Positions 55,560 through 64,000 of a DNA stretch of 64,000 nt are shown here, piece by piece. Under the pieces are notes generated by a model. It searched no databases. It was not told the DNA's origin and was given only the letters and a program-made list of their open reading frames with translations. This DNA is from Alphaproteobacteria bacterium (GTDB taxonomy: Bacteria; Pseudomonadota; Alphaproteobacteria; CALKHQ01): the NCBI GenBank assembly GCA_965227515.1, contig CBDDFZ010000002.1, positions 1,383,930 to 1,447,929 of the forward strand. The letters are read 5' to 3'. Numbering within the stretch: the stretch's first letter is position 1; the number at the start of each line of letters is the position of its first letter. The position numbers were made by a program, and so were the translations under genes.

Positions 55560-57092
55560 TCAATCCGGTTCTGCCTGTTCCTGCTTCGCTTCCTCGACCA
55601 GCCGCCTCGGGCGCAGGAATTTGCCGATGAACAGCGGGGCCACGAATCCCAGTATGGCCGCTATCCACAGCCCAATCGAGATCGGACTGTCAATCAGCGA
55701 AAACCAGTCGCCACGATTTGCCGCCAGCGCATCGCGCAGGTGCCCCTCCATGTGCTTGCCGAGCAGGATGCCCAGGATGATCGGCACGGTCGGGATATCG
55801 AGCTTGCGGCAAAGATAGCCGATGACGCCGAACGCGATCATCGTCATCAGGTCGAACACCGACCCGGATATGGAATAGATGCTGACCGAGGCGATCATGG
55901 CGACCGCCGGCATCAGGATGTAGGACGGCACCGACAACAGGCGCACGAACAGGCCGACCAGCGGAATGTTCAGGATCAGCAGCATGAAATTGCCGATGAA
56001 CAGGGCCGCGATCAAACCCCAGACCACGTCCGGGTTCTGCTCGAACAACTGCGGGCCGGGCGTGATGTTGAGGGTCAGCAGGATCGCCAGCAGCACCGCG
56101 GTGGTGCCGCTGCCCGGCACGCCCAGGGTCAGCATCGGCACCAGCGCGCCGCCGGCGGCCGCATTGTTGCCGGCTTCCGGTGCCGCGACACCGCGCGGAT
56201 CGCCCGTGCCGAAGGTCTTCTTCTTGTCGGAGATCTTCTTCTCGGTGGTGTAGGCGACGAAGCTGCCCAACGATGCGCCGGCCCCGGGCAGGATGCCGCA
56301 CAGAAAGCCGATCACCGTGCTACGCGCCATCGTCCAGCCGGTGTGCGCCAGGGTCTTCAACGGCACGGTGATGCGCCCGACCTTGGCGCCGATGGCCGAG
56401 TCCTTGCCCTGGTGTTCCAGGAACAGGAAGACCTCGGCAATCGCGAACAGGCCGACGATGGCGACCAGGAAGTCGATGCCGTCCATCAGGTGCATGTCGT
56501 TGAAGGTGAAGCGCGCGGTGGTGCCGCCGTCGTCAAGGCCGATGGTGGCGATGGCGAGGCCGAAGGCGGCCGCCATGGCGGCCTTGGCCTGGTTGCGGTT
56601 GGCGATGCCCCCCAGCGTCGCGAACGCCAGCGCATAGAGTGCGAAATACTCGGCCGAGCCGAACTGCTTGGCCACCTCCTTCAACACAGGCGCCAGCAGC
56701 ACCAAGCCGACGGTGGCGAAGAAGCCGCCGACAAACGATGCCACGCCCGACAGCACCAACGCTTCGCCCGCCTTGCCCTGCTTGGCCATGGGATAGCCGT
56801 CCAGCGTGGTCATCAAGGCGGGCTCGTCGCCGGGAATATTGAGCAGGATCGAGGAGATGCGGCCCCCGTACATGGCGCCGTAGTAGACCGAAGTCAGCAG
56901 GATCAGCGCCGCGGTGGCGTCCAAGTCCAACGCGAACGCCAGCGGGATCAGAATCGCCACGCCGTTGGACGGCCCCAGGCCGGGCAACGCACCGATGATG
57001 GTGCCCAGAAAGCAGCCCAGCAGCGCGAAACCCAGATTCTCGAGCGTGAGAGCGACCGCGAAGCCGTCAGCGAGATAGTTGAGAGTTTCCAA
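55560..57092 (-). CDS. tctA: Tripartite tricarboxylate transporter large subunit TctA
   Basis: GALPGLGP, YYGAMYGG, ILLNIPG, TTLDGYPMA, EAGNNA and LTLGVPGS. Confidence 0.9.
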   Translation of the reverse strand: METLNYLADGFAVALTLENLGFALLGCFLGTIIGALPGLGPSNGVAILIPLAFALDLDATAALILLTSVYYGAMYGGRISSILLNIPGDEPALMTTLDGYPMAKQGKAGEALVLSGVASFVGGFFATVGLVLLAPVLKEVAKQFGSAEYFALYALAFATLGGIANRNQAKAAMAAAFGLAIATIGLDDGGTTARFTFNDMHLMDGIDFLVAIVGLFAIAEVFLFLEHQGKDSAIGAKVGRITVPLKTLAHTGWTMARSTVIGFLCGILPGAGASLGSFVAYTTEKKISDKKKTFGTGDPRGVAAPEAGNNAAAGGALVPMLTLGVPGSGTTAVLLAILLTLNITPGPQLFEQNPDVVWGLIAALFIGNFMLLILNIPLVGLFVRLLSVPSYILMPAVAMIASVSIYSISGSVFDLMTMIAFGVIGYLCRKLDIPTVPIILGILLGKHMEGHLRDALAANRGDWFSLIDSPISIGLWIAAILGFVAPLFIGKFLRPRRLVEEAKQEQAEPD

Positions 57093-57527
57093 TCAAAACC
57101 CCCAGGGTCCCTCGGCCAGCGACAGCTTCAGGACCAGGTGGAAGACGAGATAGGTGCCGACCCCGACGCCGAGGCCAACGATGCCGGCCACCCAGGGCCG
57201 CGCGCCGAGCCGCCAGCTGATGACCCCTGCCGCCAAAGACGTGGCGGCGACATAGCCGATGGTGGTGAGGATCTGCGCATAGACGATCAGCACCACCAGG
57301 ACGATGCCGATTTCCAGCAGACGGCGCTTCGGCGGCCAATTCGGGTCCGGGTCCGGCCGGATGATCGGAAAGATGGCCGAAACCGCCAGAATGCAGCCGA
57401 TGATGATCGGGAAGGTGCGCGGGCCGACCGGCTCGAAAATCAGTCCAGATGTCTTGATTTGAGTGGCGCCCACGACAAACGCGAGCGCCACGATCAGGAC
57501 AATACCGCCCAGCAGGCGGTCGGACAT
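57093..57527 (-). CDS. tctB: Tripartite tricarboxylate transporter small subunit TctB
   Basis: Four TM segments, 'EPVGPRTFP', located between tctC and tctA. Confidence 0.82.
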   Translation of the reverse strand: MSDRLLGGIVLIVALAFVVGATQIKTSGLIFEPVGPRTFPIIIGCILAVSAIFPIIRPDPDPNWPPKRRLLEIGIVLVVLIVYAQILTTIGYVAATSLAAGVISWRLGARPWVAGIVGLGVGVGTYLVFHLVLKLSLAEGPWGF

Positions 57528-58501
57528 TATTCGATGACTCCGATCTCTCGGCTGAGGTCGGCGATGGCGGAAATCTGCTCGTCGACGAAGGTCTGGAAGT
57601 CGGGCCCGACCTTGTAGAACGGCATCAGGCCGTTCTCGGCCATGATCTGCTTCCACTCGTCGGACTCATAGACCGTCGACATGGCGTCGGCCCAGAAGTC
57701 GAACGCCTCGTCGCCGGCATCCAACGGGATATAGAAGCCGCGCCAGTTCGGGGCGACCACGTTATAGCCCTGCTCGACGGCTGTAGGGATGTCGGCGAAA
57801 TCGCCCGGCAGGCGCTCCTCCGACAGCACCGCCAGGATGCGGATGTCCTCCATGAAGGGCACCGTCTCGGTGATGTCGCCGGTCATGGCGCCAAGGTGCC
57901 CGCCGGTCACCTGCAGAATGGCGTCCGCACCGCCGTCGAGCGCGACGTAAGGCACGGCCGTGATGTCGGTGAAGCCGGCGGCCTGCAGAACCTGCAGCAC
58001 CTTGATGTGGTCGAACCCGCCGACCGCACTGCCGCCGCCGAAGGCAACGCTGCCCGGGTCGGCGATGATCGCGTTCACCAGGTCGTCCAGGTTCTGGTAG
58101 GGCGAGTCCGCGGAAACGACGATGACGCCGTAGTCGGCGCCGAGCGAGCCGACGAAGCGAACCTGATCCGACGTCAGGCCGACATAGAGGTTCTGGGCCA
58201 GCCGGGTCGCGGTGGCCGTCGACGCGGCAACCAGCAGGTTGGCGTCGTCGCCACGGTCGGCCACGACATAGGCGTAGGCCACACCGCCGCCGGCGCCGGC
58301 CATGTTCGTCACCTGAATGTTGCCGTCGACGATGCCGAGGTCGGTCAGGGTCTTGCCGACCTGCCGGCAGGTGAAGTCCCAGCCGCCGCCGGGGTTTGCG
58401 GGTGCAATGCACTCTACCGATTCAGGTTCGAAGGCCTGGGCGCTGAAAGTCACGCCGGTTGCGAGTGCGAACGCGCCAAGCGCGCGGATAGCGATCGTCA
58501 C
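57527..58501 (-). CDS. tctC: Tripartite tricarboxylate transporter substrate-binding protein TctC (Bug family)
   Basis: Signal peptide, 'CIAPANPGGGWDFTCR', 'NMAGAGG' and 'NWRGFY'. Confidence 0.88.
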   Translation of the reverse strand: MTIAIRALGAFALATGVTFSAQAFEPESVECIAPANPGGGWDFTCRQVGKTLTDLGIVDGNIQVTNMAGAGGGVAYAYVVADRGDDANLLVAASTATATRLAQNLYVGLTSDQVRFVGSLGADYGVIVVSADSPYQNLDDLVNAIIADPGSVAFGGGSAVGGFDHIKVLQVLQAAGFTDITAVPYVALDGGADAILQVTGGHLGAMTGDITETVPFMEDIRILAVLSEERLPGDFADIPTAVEQGYNVVAPNWRGFYIPLDAGDEAFDFWADAMSTVYESDEWKQIMAENGLMPFYKVGPDFQTFVDEQISAIADLSREIGVIE

Positions 58502-58602
58502 ATTATCCTCCCGTACTGGTTTACACAGCCGGTCTTGATGCCAGCCGTCATGTCCGTGTCACACGTACCCGAGGGTAGGCCGCGATGCCAGTGCAAACTC
58601 GC

Positions 58603-59676
58603 CTATGGCAGGCCGCTGCCGAACCGGACCAGCAGTGTGGCGCCATCGGCGGCGGACGGCTCGGCCGCGACGGTCCAGCCGTGGCGCGCGCAGATCACCC
58701 GCGCGATGGCCAGCCCCAGGCCGCTGCCGGGCGCCTCAACCTGCTTCAGCCGGACGAACGGTTCGAAAATCCGCTCCGCGCCCCGCTCGTCGAGGCCGAT
58801 GCCATTGTCACGCACGCGCATGAACGCGCCGTCGGGCTCGTGTCCGATAGCGACCGTCACGTCCGGCTGGCGGTCGGGTGGAACATAGGCGACGGCGTTG
58901 GAGACCAGGATACGGATCAACTGGTTGGTCTGTGCCGGATCGCCCTGCACGACGACACCATCTCCATCCCGTCGAACGTCGGCGCCGCGGCTTTCGGGGC
59001 GCTGCCCGATCTCGGCCGCCGTGGCATCGATGATGTCGATCAGGGCAATCGATTGCCGGTCGAGCGGGGTGTAGGCCGCGCGCACATAGGTGCGGATGTC
59101 CTCGATCAGGGCCAGAAGCTGGGCACCGGCGCCACGCGCGATGTCCATCCATTCCGCCGCTTCTTCCGGCAACGGACCTTCGATCTCCTCCTCGATGATC
59201 GACAGCGCCGTGGTGACGTGGCGCAGCGGCGCCTTCAGGTCGTGCGCCGCGCGGGATGTCAGCGCAATGATATCGGTGGCGTCAGGCAGGTCCGCCGGCC
59301 CCGCGGACTGGCAGATCTGGAAGACATTGCCTTCGGGGTCGCGGCCGTCGCACAGCGGCGGCGCGGTCGGCGAGAACCGCTTGATCTCGCCCAGCCTGAC
59401 GTCCATGTCGAGAAGCCGCTCGCGCAGCGCTTCCAGGTCCTCGTCGACCGTGATCACCAGCTTGACGTTGGTGTCGCCGAGCCAATCCTTGGCGTCGTCA
59501 CGCCGGTATTCCGGCCCAACGCGGTGCAGCGCCAGTTCGGTCCCGCCGGCATTCAGCACCATCCAGTCCGCGCCGTCCTGCTCCACGATCGAGAACCCGA
59601 ACACCGAACGGTAGAAGAGGGCCAGCCCCGCGACGTCCTGTGCGAACAGAATGATACGGCCGAGGTTTGCGCGCAT
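58603..59676 (-). CDS. VOC (glyoxalase-like) domain fused to a histidine kinase (HisKA + HATPase_c)
   Basis: About aa 1-125 form a VOC domain ('IILFAQDV..LALFY..VFGF', 'RDPEGNVFQI'). Then H-box AHDLKAPLR, N-box LVSNAV, DNGIG, IFEPF and GSGLGLAI. Confidence 0.8.
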   Translation of the reverse strand: MRANLGRIILFAQDVAGLALFYRSVFGFSIVEQDGADWMVLNAGGTELALHRVGPEYRRDDAKDWLGDTNVKLVITVDEDLEALRERLLDMDVRLGEIKRFSPTAPPLCDGRDPEGNVFQICQSAGPADLPDATDIIALTSRAAHDLKAPLRHVTTALSIIEEEIEGPLPEEAAEWMDIARGAGAQLLALIEDIRTYVRAAYTPLDRQSIALIDIIDATAAEIGQRPESRGADVRRDGDGVVVQGDPAQTNQLIRILVSNAVAYVPPDRQPDVTVAIGHEPDGAFMRVRDNGIGLDERGAERIFEPFVRLKQVEAPGSGLGLAIARVICARHGWTVAAEPSAADGATLLVRFGSGLP

Positions 59677-59708
59677 CGGCTCGTGTCTCCCAAGGTGGCC
59701 ATTAGTGG

Positions 59709-60446
59709 CTATGCGGCGGGGCGGTTTTGCTTCTCGCCGCGGGCCAGCGAGCGTTCCTCCCCGTCCCGGCACCTTGGATAGACCGCCAGCGCGCTCAGTT
59801 TCAACCATTCCGGGAACGCGCGGACGTGCGCCGATGGGCCGTCGACCCTGATCCTGCCCGAGGCGATCTCCGCGCGCAGCGGGCGGAAGCCGCGCCATGC
59901 CTCGATAAAGCGTCTGAGGTCGGCGCTCACCGCGACATCGACCTCGAAGCCCGGATGCTTCAGGCACATATCGACGTTGCCGTCGGTGTTGACCAGCCAG
60001 AACCGGCTGAACTCGGCGACGTGGCCGGAAAAGGTGAACTCGATGACGGTGCGACCGGCCGGCATGGCGTCGGTATTCAGCCGTTCGTGCATGCTCCAGG
60101 CCAGAAAGGCGGGGTCCAGGTCCTCGCTCACCATGTCGCGCGCCCAGTGCTGGCCCCAGATCGCCAGGTCCATGATGATCGGCTCCAGGGCGCGGCCCGC
60201 CTCGGTCAGGATGTATTCATGGCCGCGGCCATTGGGCAGCGGCTCGCGTACCACGATGCCGGCGTGCTCCAACTGCGCCAACCGCTGGGTCAGCAGCGTG
60301 GCGGAAATGCGCGGCACCCCGCGATGGATTTCGTTGAACCGGCGGCAGCCGTCGATCAGCCGGCTGACCACCAGGATGGACCAGCGCTCGCCGAGGAACT
60401 CGGCTGCCAACGCCAGCGGGCAATATTGGCCGTATCCGCGTGTCAT
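59709..60446 (-). CDS. HxlR family winged-helix regulator with an SCP2-like C-terminal domain
   Basis: YGQYCPLA.A.E.LGERW, RFNEIHRGVPRIS..LL.QRL and EY.LT.AG. Confidence 0.85.
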   Translation of the reverse strand: MTRGYGQYCPLALAAEFLGERWSILVVSRLIDGCRRFNEIHRGVPRISATLLTQRLAQLEHAGIVVREPLPNGRGHEYILTEAGRALEPIIMDLAIWGQHWARDMVSEDLDPAFLAWSMHERLNTDAMPAGRTVIEFTFSGHVAEFSRFWLVNTDGNVDMCLKHPGFEVDVAVSADLRRFIEAWRGFRPLRAEIASGRIRVDGPSAHVRAFPEWLKLSALAVYPRCRDGEERSLARGEKQNRPAA

Positions 60447-60573
60447 GGCGGCAGGGTGGCGGAGCGGGTGGCGTGCGACAACTCAATAATCTGTAGTGCT
60501 CCAGATTTGTCAGTTTCCTTGGCCCGGCCTTTGCCCACAATGGGCGCGATCACTCGAAGCAAGCGAGGTCGCC

Positions 60574-61950
60574 ATGGCCACCAGCACGAACGTCCAGGAC
60601 CTGCGGGCCGCATTGCGCGGTGAGGTGATCGCGCCGGACGATGCCGGATACGACGCGGCCCGCGCGGTGTGGAACGCGATGATCGACCGGCGGCCCGCCG
60701 CCATCGCGGCATGCGCGGATGCCGCGGACGTCGCACGAGCGGTCGGCTTCGCGCGCGACAACGGCCTGTTGCTCTCCGTACGGGGCGGTGGCCACAACGT
60801 CTCCGGCACCGCGGTCTGCGATGGCGGCCTCATGATCGACCTGTCGGCGATGAACGACGTGACCGTCGATCCCGAGCGCCGCACGGCAAGGGTGGGCGGC
60901 GGTGCCACGCTGGCGGAGATGGACCGGGCGACCCAGGCGCACGGGCTGGCCGCACCCGGCGGTGTCGTGGGGTCGACCGGCGTCGGCGGGCTGACGCTCG
61001 GCGGCGGGTTCGGCTGGCTGTCGCGGCTGCATGGGCTCGCGGTCGACAACCTGATCGAGGTCGAGATCGTGTTGGCCGATGGCCGCATCGTGGCCGCGAA
61101 CGAGACCGACCATGCCGACCTATTCTGGGGCGTGCGCGGCGGTGGCGGCAATTTCGGCGTGGCCACGGCCTTCACCTTCCGGCTGCACCCGGTGGGACCG
61201 GACGTGCTGTTCGGCCCCACGGTCTACCGGCTGGAGGACGCGGCCGACGTGCTGCGCCACTATCGCGCGTTCACCGCGACCGCGCCGCGTGCGTGCTGCG
61301 TGTGGGCCGATCTGCTGACCGCGCCCCCGTTTCCGTTCCTGCCGCCGGAAGCGCACGGCACCAAGGTTCTGTCCCTGCTGCAGTGCTTTGCCGGCGACAT
61401 CGAGGAGGGCGAACGTGTGTTGGCGCCATTAAGTGGCTACGGCAATCCGTTAGGCGATGCGGTGATGGCGCGGCCGTTCGTGGAGGCGCAGGCGCTGCTC
61501 GACGAGGTGTATGCCAAGGGCATGCGCAACTACTGGGCGTCGGCGAACTGCCATGACCTGAGCGATACGGTGATCGACGCGCTGGTCGCGCGCGCCGCGA
61601 CCATGCCGACGCCGCAGTCGGACATGCTGATCTGCCAGCTCGGTGGTGCCATCGGCGATGTGGCCGACGACGCCACCGCCTATCCGCACCGTGACGTGTC
61701 CTATGCCCTGACGCCTGGCGCGCGCTGGGCCGATGCGGCTGACGACGATGCGTGCGTCGCCTGGACCCGCGAGACCGGCGCCATCCTGCGCCGCGTCGCC
61801 GAGGCAGGCGCGTACGTCAACTTCATCGCCGAAGGGTCGGGGCGGGAACGCGATGCCTACGGCGCCAACTATGAACGCCTGGCCCGCATCAAGCGCGCTT
61901 ACGATCCGTCGAACCTATTCCGCATGAACCAGAATGTGGAGCCGGCATAA
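60574..61950 (+). CDS. FAD-linked oxidoreductase (VAO/BBE family)
   Basis: RGGGHN (His for covalent FAD), TGVGGLTLGGGFG, DLFWGVRGGGGNFGV, YVNF and YDP.NLFR.NQN. Confidence 0.88.
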   Translation: MATSTNVQDLRAALRGEVIAPDDAGYDAARAVWNAMIDRRPAAIAACADAADVARAVGFARDNGLLLSVRGGGHNVSGTAVCDGGLMIDLSAMNDVTVDPERRTARVGGGATLAEMDRATQAHGLAAPGGVVGSTGVGGLTLGGGFGWLSRLHGLAVDNLIEVEIVLADGRIVAANETDHADLFWGVRGGGGNFGVATAFTFRLHPVGPDVLFGPTVYRLEDAADVLRHYRAFTATAPRACCVWADLLTAPPFPFLPPEAHGTKVLSLLQCFAGDIEEGERVLAPLSGYGNPLGDAVMARPFVEAQALLDEVYAKGMRNYWASANCHDLSDTVIDALVARAATMPTPQSDMLICQLGGAIGDVADDATAYPHRDVSYALTPGARWADAADDDACVAWTRETGAILRRVAEAGAYVNFIAEGSGRERDAYGANYERLARIKRAYDPSNLFRMNQNVEPA

Positions 61951-61960
61951 TACCCCCAAT

Positions 61961-62138
61961 CGTCATCCTCGGGCTTGTCCCGAGGATCCATTTTTGTCCA
62001 ACGGATCAATACTCTATGTGGTTCACTCTGGCCGGAGTGGAGGTCGCACTGAAGGCTTGGCTGCATTGGCATGGAGCAAAATGCAGCCACAACAACCCTC
62101 GCACTACGATGGGCCCTCGGCACAAGGCCGAGGGCGAC
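61961..62138. repeat. REP/MITE-like palindromic element, copy 3 (longer spacer)
   Basis: CGTCATCCTCGGGCTTGTCCCGAGGATCCA ... TGGGCCCTCGGCACAAGGCCGAGGGCGAC. Confidence 0.72.
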
Positions 62139-62219
62139 AGCTTTGTTTGTTGTCTGGATCGAGAATTCGGGCTGTGTGAGGTCCACGAATCGCTGGACCC
62201 CGCCCGAACGCCGCCATCC

Positions 62220-62585
62220 TCACGCAGGGCGTGACCGGCCGCGCTCCTCCAGCCACAGGTATTTGTGGGTCAGGAAGATGATGTAGATCAGGCTCAGAAT
62301 GAACTTCCAGCCGGCCAGCGACGATCCGCAGGCCAGCTCGACGGTCTCGCCCTCGCCGATCTGTACTGGCAGGCGATTGCTGCGGCACCAGTCGATCTTC
62401 ATCATCACTTCGTGCGTCCCGGGCGCCACCCGGATGTCCATCGTCTCCTTCGCCTTGATCGAGCCCTCGACCTGGCCGTCGACCAGGATCTTGTAGGCGC
62501 GCAGGCGGTCGGCATAGGACGTCGCGCGGCTGACGCGCAACACCGTGGGCGCCGGCCTTGCCGTCGCCCCTGGGCTGTCGGACAT
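62220..62585 (-). CDS. Hypothetical protein with a small beta domain and a C-terminal TM segment
   Basis: 'YADRLRAYKILVDG...PGTHEV..KIDWCRS' followed by a hydrophobic helix. High-GC3 codon usage. Confidence 0.65.
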   Translation of the reverse strand: MSDSPGATARPAPTVLRVSRATSYADRLRAYKILVDGQVEGSIKAKETMDIRVAPGTHEVMMKIDWCRSNRLPVQIGEGETVELACGSSLAGWKFILSLIYIIFLTHKYLWLEERGRSRPA

Positions 62586-62624
62586 TTCGGTTCCCCCAAA
62601 TAAGCGATCCGTTGCGATCGCCAG

Positions 62625-63530
62625 TCAGACACCTTCCAACCGGTCGAGCAAGTCCTTCCGCCATGCGCCGGCGCGCGCGATGCCGCCGAACGGGAAGACA
62701 TGCAACCGGGCGAGGTTGGGGTGCTGGCCGGCAGCACGTACCAGATCGGTGACGATGCGGTCCGAGCCCTGATGGCCGATCAGCCGGCCGAACAGGCCGC
62801 CCTGCCGGCGCAGCACACGGGCCGAGCGGCCCACACCGCAGCGCAGCGCGAATGTCGCCAGCGTCTTCAGTTCCGCCGGGCCGGCAAGCCCGACGGCGAC
62901 CGGGGCATCGATGCCCAATTGGCGCAGGCGCGCCAGGTAGTCGACGATCGGCTTGGTGCGGAAGCAGAACTGGGTGGTCACGAACGGCGCCATCCCGGCC
63001 TGCCGAGCCAGCGCGACCTTTTCGACCATGGCCTTTTCCAGCACGTCGCGCGCCACCACCGGATGCTCTTCCGGATGGCCGGCGAAGCCAACGGAGGCGA
63101 TGCCGTGGCGCTGCAGCAACTCGCTGCGCATGAGGTCGCTCACCGACGTAAACGGTCCCGCCGCATCGTCGACATCGCCGCCGACCGCCAGCACCTGCGT
63201 GACGCCGGCTTCCTGCACCAGCCCGGCGATCAGGTCCGCCACCTCCGCCACGCTGCCAACGCTGCGCGCGGCGATGTGCGGCACCGGCTCGAAGCCGGCG
63301 GCGCGCGCCCGCTTGGCAGCCGCGAGCGTCACCTCGCTCGGCTGGTGCGGCAGGTGGGTGATGTAGGTCAGCGTGCCGGGCGGGAAGTTGTCCGCCAGCG
63401 CCGCGATCGCGCGCTCGTGGGTGGCGCCGACCTCCAGTGAAGCGCCGCCGATCAGGCGGGTTGCCGCATCGGACCGTGCGGCTTCCCGTGAATCGTCCAT
63501 CATGACCGCACTTGTGGGGGCAGCGCTCAT
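62625..63530 (-). CDS. Methylenetetrahydrofolate reductase (MetF)-like protein
   Basis: PVPHIAAR, LAVGGD, AGHPEEHP, TQFCF, GLAGPA and HVFPFGG. Confidence 0.78.
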   Translation of the reverse strand: MSAAPTSAVMMDDSREAARSDAATRLIGGASLEVGATHERAIAALADNFPPGTLTYITHLPHQPSEVTLAAAKRARAAGFEPVPHIAARSVGSVAEVADLIAGLVQEAGVTQVLAVGGDVDDAAGPFTSVSDLMRSELLQRHGIASVGFAGHPEEHPVVARDVLEKAMVEKVALARQAGMAPFVTTQFCFRTKPIVDYLARLRQLGIDAPVAVGLAGPAELKTLATFALRCGVGRSARVLRRQGGLFGRLIGHQGSDRIVTDLVRAAGQHPNLARLHVFPFGGIARAGAWRKDLLDRLEGV

Positions 63531-64000
63531 GGGCGCCTCCGCGAGATGACGTAGGTCTCGTCGTTGAACCAGAGCCCGCCGTGCTTGCGCAGCACGTCGG
63601 CGGTGGCGTCGATGTAGCTGCCGTCCTTGACGACGTCGCTGAGGCGCTCGTCCTCGATCTGCGCGACGTAGATCGCCGCGTTCCATGCCGCGAACAGGGT
63701 CGAGGTGCCGATGGTGCCCGAAAGCTCGTTGGGCAGGGTGTGCATGTCGTAGCGGAAGATCGAGCGGTTATCGGCGTAGGCGTTGTACTTCAGGTCACGC
63801 TGCGCGCTGCCCATCTCCGCCTTCACCGCCTTCAGGATGTCGTGGCGGTCGGTGGCGAACGGCTGCTCGCCGGGCCAGATCTTCTGCACGATCTCCAGGC
63901 CCGGGTCGTTGCCATGGGAATGGATGCCGACCAACCGGCCGCCGGGCCCGAGCGCGCGCGCCAGCGGCGCCACCACCTTGCGCGCCTTGAACTCGGCCGA
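63527..64000 (-). CDS. Hypothetical protein (3' part only; possibly a methyltransferase-like fold)
   Basis: Frame is open to the window edge, 'LARALGPGGRL', and its stop overlaps the MetF-like start (ATGA). Confidence 0.6.
   Translation of the reverse strand, partial: SAEFKARKVVAPLARALGPGGRLVGIHSHGNDPGLEIVQKIWPGEQPFATDRHDILKAVKAEMGSAQRDLKYNAYADNRSIFRYDMHTLPNELSGTIGTSTLFAAWNAAIYVAQIEDERLSDVVKDGSYIDATADVLRKHGGLWFNDETYVISRRRP

Overview
High-GC alphaproteobacterial chromosome segment; the lineage is inferred from the recG-sdhE-mfd and tRNA-Leu-tig-clpP-clpX-lon-hup-tRNA-Val gene orders. From left to right: (1) an amide-utilisation cluster (urtCDE-like ABC genes, amiE, a CbbQ/CbbO-type MoxR-VWA pair with no Rubisco or NO reductase nearby, and an amidase-signature amidase); (2) core genes, interrupted by an orphan NleD/M91-like zinc protease; (3) a ~12.4 kb accessory block after tRNA-Val (sugar isomerase, Gfo/Idh/MocA oxidoreductase, AraC regulator, and a 2608-aa TpsA-like protein with 24 'YAQLGHGG' repeats in four nested modules), bracketed by two copies of a long hairpin element whose central loop is inverted between the copies; (4) RidA and a D-threonine aldolase-like gene; (5) a hipBA module whose toxin is split by an IS630 element; (6) tctCBA-maeB-aceE-aceF-lpdA; (7) an HxlR regulator, a glyoxalase(VOC)-histidine kinase fusion and an FAD oxidase; (8) a MetF-like gene. 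Several families of palindromic intergenic repeats are present. No CRISPR array, rRNA or integrase was seen. All calls rest on reading motifs by eye, with no database searches.
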